In this document: positions 60,162 through 64,000 of the stretch, one piece after another
How positions within the stretch are numbered: the first letter of the stretch is position 1
Layout of the letters: each line of letters begins with the position of its first letter
Notes under the pieces: model-generated
The model's database searches: none
Told to the model about the DNA's origin: nothing
The model's input: the letters and a program-made list of their open reading frames with translations, nothing else
Translations under genes and position numbers: made by a program
Virus record (IMG/VR): IMGVR_UViG_3300028042_000001
Span: 28,944-92,943 of that record
Source: a virus
Taxonomy: Duplodnaviria > Heunggongvirae > Uroviricota > Caudoviricetes
Direction: 5' to 3' (one strand)
Length of the DNA: 64,000 nt

Positions 60162-60866
60162 GTGATTGCGATTGATATTGATGGAGTTATAGCAGATTCA
60201 GATCCATGGCTAGTCAAAGAAATAGAATATCGATCTGGTATTAAACTTAAATTTAATAAACCAAGAGTATATGATTTCTTTATTAATACTAATATAAATG
60301 TATTTGATGGTATTAGATATATAAATGATGCTATTATTAAATATAAAGATGATATTAAAGTTTATGATTATATTAATACTTGTAAAGCTTTACAATTAAT
60401 AGAAAGTAAAGAAGGTTGTGTTAATTTTGTTACTGCAAGAGCTACTGGCAGAGTTGCAGAAGCTACTCATTGGTGGATTTATAAACATTTTGGTGAATTA
60501 GTATATAATATCCACTCTCTTGATTATAATGCTGATAAATTGAAATGGATGTATAATAATAATGCATATGCTATAATAGAAGATAGGTTAAAAACAGTTA
60601 ATATTGTTTCATCATTATATGATTCATATCTTATTAATAGAGAATGGAATATAAATAGATATAATAATCCTCGTGTAAAGAGATTTACTAATTTGTTACA
60701 AGCAGTAGAATTTTATTTTAATAAAAACACTGAAGGATGTATGATTAATAAAAAAGAAAAACAACAGAATATACCAAAACAATGTAAACAATGTAAAAAG
60801 GATTATTGTCCTCTACATTGTATTAATTATAAGGAATATAAATTATGGGAAAATCGGTCTATTTAG
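60162..60866 (+). CDS. HAD-family 5'(3')-deoxyribonucleotidase-like protein
   Basis: IAIDIDGVIAD, FVTAR, IIEDR, REWN; GTG start. Confidence 0.75.
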   Translation: MIAIDIDGVIADSDPWLVKEIEYRSGIKLKFNKPRVYDFFINTNINVFDGIRYINDAIIKYKDDIKVYDYINTCKALQLIESKEGCVNFVTARATGRVAEATHWWIYKHFGELVYNIHSLDYNADKLKWMYNNNAYAIIEDRLKTVNIVSSLYDSYLINREWNINRYNNPRVKRFTNLLQAVEFYFNKNTEGCMINKKEKQQNIPKQCKQCKKDYCPLHCINYKEYKLWENRSI

Positions 60867-61492
60867 TTCCTTTTTCTGGTGGATTAGATTCTACATATCT
60901 ATTATATAGATCATTAAAAGAAGGTAAAATAGTATATCCTTTTCATATATCTATTAAACATAAAGGAGAAGATAGATGGAAAAATGAGTTAAAATCAGTT
61001 AATATGATATCTGATTGGTTACAAACTTATTATAATTCTTTTTATATTAAATATGGTAGTATTGATTTTTCTTCTTTTAATGTTGGATATGATACAGATC
61101 AAATATTATTATTTTCTCAAAAATATTGTTATTCGTTATGCAAAAGGAAAGATATTAATAATATACAGTTAATTGCTGGTGCTGTTAGGGATGATGATAG
61201 TATATTTCATCAGAAAAGATCGTCTTATGGTGGTGTCGGTCTTAATTTTTTGTTATGGAATTCTTTGATAGATTCTATGATGTTTAAAGCTGATAATGAA
61301 AATCTTAAAAAAATTAATAGATGTATTGTTAATCCATTATTTGATGAAGGATTGTATAAGAAAGATATTATTAGATTAATACCAAACGAATTATTGGATA
61401 TGATTTATGTATGTAGAAAAGGTAATAACTGTGGAAAATGTAATTCTTGTAAAAAACATAAAATTGCTCTAGAGGAATCATTAAATGAATAA
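60845..61492 (+). CDS. QueC-like PP-loop ATPase
   Basis: PFSGGLDST, NPL...KKDII, C-terminal C..(CGKCNSC) zinc motif. Confidence 0.7.
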   Translation: MGKSVYLVPFSGGLDSTYLLYRSLKEGKIVYPFHISIKHKGEDRWKNELKSVNMISDWLQTYYNSFYIKYGSIDFSSFNVGYDTDQILLFSQKYCYSLCKRKDINNIQLIAGAVRDDDSIFHQKRSSYGGVGLNFLLWNSLIDSMMFKADNENLKKINRCIVNPLFDEGLYKKDIIRLIPNELLDMIYVCRKGNNCGKCNSCKKHKIALEESLNE

Positions 61493-61874
61493 TGTTCGGT
61501 TGAAACAGTATGATACTTGTTATACATATGCTCTTAAACGTGTTGGATTGTTTGATATATATAATAATGTTGATATTGATGATTTTATTAAATTACCTGA
61601 AATAAAAATATTAAAATCAGCGTATCCTATATATGGAAATATTATTTTTTGGGATGATGGAACTGATTCATACCATCCTAATGAAATTGATCCTAATGGA
61701 ATGATAATAAGTCATAAATGGAAAACTGGCCTCCATTTTGCTGTTATGGAAAATAATGGATATATAAGTGATTGTACTAAGGAAGATACAGAAAATGTAT
61801 ATCCTATATTAAGAATGCGGAAATTAAATGATATACACAATAAACCAAATATTATAGTTATTTTAGGTAAATAA
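61485..61874 (+). CDS. Hypothetical protein, possible papain-like (Cys...His) fold
   Basis: TCYTYAL ... GNIIFW ... GLHFAV. Confidence 0.4.
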   Translation: MNNVRLKQYDTCYTYALKRVGLFDIYNNVDIDDFIKLPEIKILKSAYPIYGNIIFWDDGTDSYHPNEIDPNGMIISHKWKTGLHFAVMENNGYISDCTKEDTENVYPILRMRKLNDIHNKPNIIVILGK

Positions 61875-61876
61875 AT

Positions 61877-62227
61877 ATGTATGAATATAAAGGAAATGTT
61901 TATAAAGTAGTAGATGGTGATACGGTTTATATTTTAGCTGATTTAGGGTTCGGTACTTATCGTAAGATAAAAATAAGAATAAAAGGAATTGATACAGCAG
62001 AGATATATAGCCCATCATGTGAAGCTGAATTACAACATGGAAGAGAAGCGAAACAATTTGTTAAAGATGAAATTAATAATAAAAATATAACTTTTATATC
62101 ATATAAAGATAAAACTGGTAAATATGGTAGATATCTTGGTGATATATCATATATAAAAAATGGAGAATCATTTTTACTCACTGAAGAATTATTAAAAAGA
62201 GGATTTCAAAAGAAAGAAATATATTGA
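61877..62227 (+). CDS. Staphylococcal-nuclease (thermonuclease) family protein
   Basis: KVVDGDT..ILADLGF, RIKGIDTAE, GKYGRYLG. Confidence 0.88.
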   Translation: MYEYKGNVYKVVDGDTVYILADLGFGTYRKIKIRIKGIDTAEIYSPSCEAELQHGREAKQFVKDEINNKNITFISYKDKTGKYGRYLGDISYIKNGESFLLTEELLKRGFQKKEIY

Positions 62228-62270
62228 CATTTAGATTTTATTATGTATAATGGCAACATAATTGATACAA
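62224..62270 (+). promoter_or_regulatory. Early promoter plus conserved motif
   Basis: TTGACA-16-TATAAT, then 5 nt, then CATAATTGATACAA. Confidence 0.75.
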
Positions 62271-62283
62271 ACCATTATACATA

Positions 62284-62856
62284 ATGAGGGATTTAATGAT
62301 ATCCACTGAAGAAAAGAAAAATATTGTTATAAATAGAGTTAATGAATTAATAGAACAATTTAAACAAAAAAAGGGATCTTCAGCTAAACATACTATATCT
62401 TTTCCTGATGTATTATTTACTATTGTTGGTCGAGTTGCTGGAAATTGTTCTTTTGATAATTCTACGGGAACTGGTGTTTTAAATTTTAATACTGTATTAA
62501 TGGAAGAAAATTGGGAAACATTTATTGAGCATACAGTTTCTCATGAAGTTGCTCATTTTTGTACTAATATTTATTTTGGATTTATTTATACAAGTTCTGG
62601 AAGAAGACAATCTCATGGAAAGGATTGGAAGAATATGATGAGATTTTTCGGTGTTAAAGAAATTTCCCGATGTCATAAATATAGATTAGATAATGTAAAA
62701 CAAACAAGAAAAACAAAACGATTTCTTTATGAATGTAACTGTGGATATCAACATCAAATTGCTACTCCTACACATAATAAAATTCGATATCATGGACAAA
62801 AAAGAATTTGTAAAACATGTTGTGATGAAATTAGATTTGTTAAAAGAATAAAATAA
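62284..62856 (+). CDS. SprT-like zinc metalloprotease
   Basis: GRVAG, TVSHEVAH (HExxH), HGKDWKNMM, C-terminal YECNCG...CKTC. Confidence 0.88.
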   Translation: MRDLMISTEEKKNIVINRVNELIEQFKQKKGSSAKHTISFPDVLFTIVGRVAGNCSFDNSTGTGVLNFNTVLMEENWETFIEHTVSHEVAHFCTNIYFGFIYTSSGRRQSHGKDWKNMMRFFGVKEISRCHKYRLDNVKQTRKTKRFLYECNCGYQHQIATPTHNKIRYHGQKRICKTCCDEIRFVKRIK

Positions 62857-63208
62857 AAAGATTGACTTTATGTATAAATAGTATTATAGTTACTTTATTG
62901 AATTTGATATTAAATATATATTATGGAGTTAGATATGAGTGATAAAAAACGTATAGTATCTGCTACAGTTCATCCCGAAACAAATGAGGTAGAAATTGTG
63001 GTTGAAGTTGAAGTTGAAGCTGATGATCTTTTTCATGAAAAAGATCGGTTATTTACTTGGTGGGTTGATGTTTCAGAAGTAATATTACACGGTAAAGAAT
63101 GGAATGAAGTTAATAAAAATTAATAAAAAGATTGACTTTATGTATAAATAGTATTATAGTTACTTTATTGAATTTGATATTAAATATATATTATGGAGTT
63201 AGATATGA
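62852..63208 (+). repeat. 87-bp exact direct repeat (62852-62938 and 63122-63208) carrying promoter and RBS
   Basis: AATAAAAAGATTGACTTTATGTATAAATAGTATTATAGTT...ATGGAGTTAGATATGA occurs twice, 270 bp apart. Confidence 0.95.
62935..63123 (+). CDS. Small acidic hypothetical protein
   Basis: Start MSDKKRI after the GGAG RBS in the repeat; lies between the two repeat copies. Confidence 0.55.
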   Translation: MSDKKRIVSATVHPETNEVEIVVEVEVEADDLFHEKDRLFTWWVDVSEVILHGKEWNEVNKN

Positions 63209-63501
63209 AAGTTATTTCTCGTAAAGATGCTAAAGCTAAAGGAATGAAACGATATTTTACTGGTAAATCATGTATTAGAAAACATGTTTCTGAAAGATTT
63301 ACTTGTAATAAAACTTGTGTTTCTTGTGATGCACTTCGAAGAGAATCACGCAAAACAAAGATTGTTAAGGTTGTTAAAAATATCGAAGTTCCTAAAAAAC
63401 TTGTTCGTTTTGTAAAATTTAAGGTTGTTAATCGGGATCGTAGGTATATGGGTCGTGATAAATTTACATGTGATATTTTGAAGATCGTATGGTATCTGTA
63501 G
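63205..63501 (+). CDS. Stand-alone N-terminal domain typical of phage HNH endonucleases (no HNH domain)
   Basis: ISRKDAKAKGMKRYFTGKSCIRKHVSERFTCNKTCVSC. Confidence 0.55.
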   Translation: MKVISRKDAKAKGMKRYFTGKSCIRKHVSERFTCNKTCVSCDALRRESRKTKIVKVVKNIEVPKKLVRFVKFKVVNRDRRYMGRDKFTCDILKIVWYL

Positions 63502-63512
63502 GATAGAAACAT

Positions 63513-63585
63513 TGGCAGGTAGCAATAATGGTATTGCGTCTGACTGTTAATCAGAAGAGAATAGGTTCGATCCCTATCCTGTCAG
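63513..63585 (+). tRNA. trnN: tRNA-Asn(GTT)
   Basis: Acceptor TGGCAGG/CCTGTCA; anticodon arm TCTGA-CTGTTAA-TCAGA; T arm ATAGG-TTCGATC-CCTAT; no encoded CCA. Confidence 0.88.
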
Positions 63586-63592
63586 AAAATGT

Positions 63593-63667
63593 TCCGTATA
63601 ATGATCGGGGTGGTCAAGGTGACTGTTAATCACTTGCTGGTAGGTTCGACTCCTGCATACGGAGCCA
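63593..63667 (+). tRNA. trnN: tRNA-Asn(GTT), atypical second copy
   Basis: Acceptor TCCGTAT/ATACGGA, G discriminator, CCA; GGTGA-CTGTTAA-TCACT; A at position 8 and a short D-loop. Confidence 0.78.
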
Positions 63668-63859
63668 AATTTTATATTATGGTGTTATTATGAATGATCT
63701 TGGAAATGTAGATTTTGGGTTTGAAGATATGAGTGGATGATATGTTTGAAGGAACACCAGATAATTTCGCTGATTGTTTTTTTAGTAATGTTGATGAATA
63801 TAATGTCAGAGAATTTGCTAAAGAACAGAATGTTAGATGTAGAATATTTTATTAATAAT

Positions 63860-63933
63860 AGTCGTTTAGCACAATGGGAGTGCGATTTGCTTATAACAAA
63901 TTGACAGAGGATCGAAACCTCTAACGACTACCA
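63860..63933 (+). tRNA. trnI: tRNA-Ile(TAT)
   Basis: AGTCGTT/AACGACT+A+CCA; GCAC/GTGC D stem; ATTTG-CTTATAA-CAAAT; T arm AGAGG-ATCGAAA-CCTCT. Confidence 0.88.
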
Positions 63934-63956
63934 TTTTTTGAAATTGGATAATATAT

Positions 63957-64000
63957 GGGCATCTAGCTTAACTGGCTGAAGCCTTCGGCTCATAACCGAA
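63957..64000 (+). tRNA. tRNA with CAT anticodon (Met or lysidine-Ile2), truncated by window end
   Basis: GGGCATC, D stem GCTT/AAGC, TTCGG-CTCATAA-CCGAA. Confidence 0.75.

Noticed and set aside
1612-63512. Short antisense or alternative-frame ORFs in the track (e.g. 1612-1800, 9171-9470, 24859-25329, 46394-47708, 50838-51194, 63180-63512)
   Set aside because: They overlap well-supported genes, lack an RBS and have the F/I/L-rich composition expected of shadow ORFs in AT-rich DNA.
63690-63855. Small ORF or readthrough gene between tRNAs (MFEGTPDNFADCFF...)
   Set aside because: Under 40 aa, with two different upstream stops in frame. Not enough support for a gene or for recoding.
1-64000. Stop-codon reassignment
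   Set aside because: Core genes are full length under code 11, and TAA, TAG and TGA all end genes at operon junctions. No suppressor tRNA is seen.

Overview
This is a very AT-rich segment of a large T4-like (Tevenvirinae/Straboviridae-related or cyanophage-like) myophage genome. It runs through the late module (gp7, gp8, large virion protein, fibre genes, gp13-gp23, gp3), then the recombination/replication block (uvsY, uvsW, gp55, gp47, gp46, gp45, gp44, gp62, regA, dUTPase), an accessory early region and the start of a tRNA cluster. The standard genetic code fits all core genes. Two candidate systems stand out. (1) At least nine non-core genes inserted among the head/neck/terminase genes start with a T4 capsid-targeting-like leader (MKxY/F...[ILV]xE). 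They include a five-member paralog family with a shared N-domain and divergent tails (four very acidic, one W-x-x-G-x repeat), a 2H phosphoesterase (Acb1-like) and an ADP-ribosyltransferase-like protein, which suggests a virion-delivered effector or anti-defence payload. (2) Three tandem fibre-like genes share one scaffold into which RCC1 or Kelch beta-propellers are inserted. Their near-identical 150-bp RCC1 units vary at a few loop positions and share variants between genes. Also noted: a 730-bp origin-like non-coding region, a conserved early-promoter motif, an exact 87-bp promoter-cassette duplication and a tRNA-Ile(UAU). All family calls are by-eye motif recognition; no searches were run.
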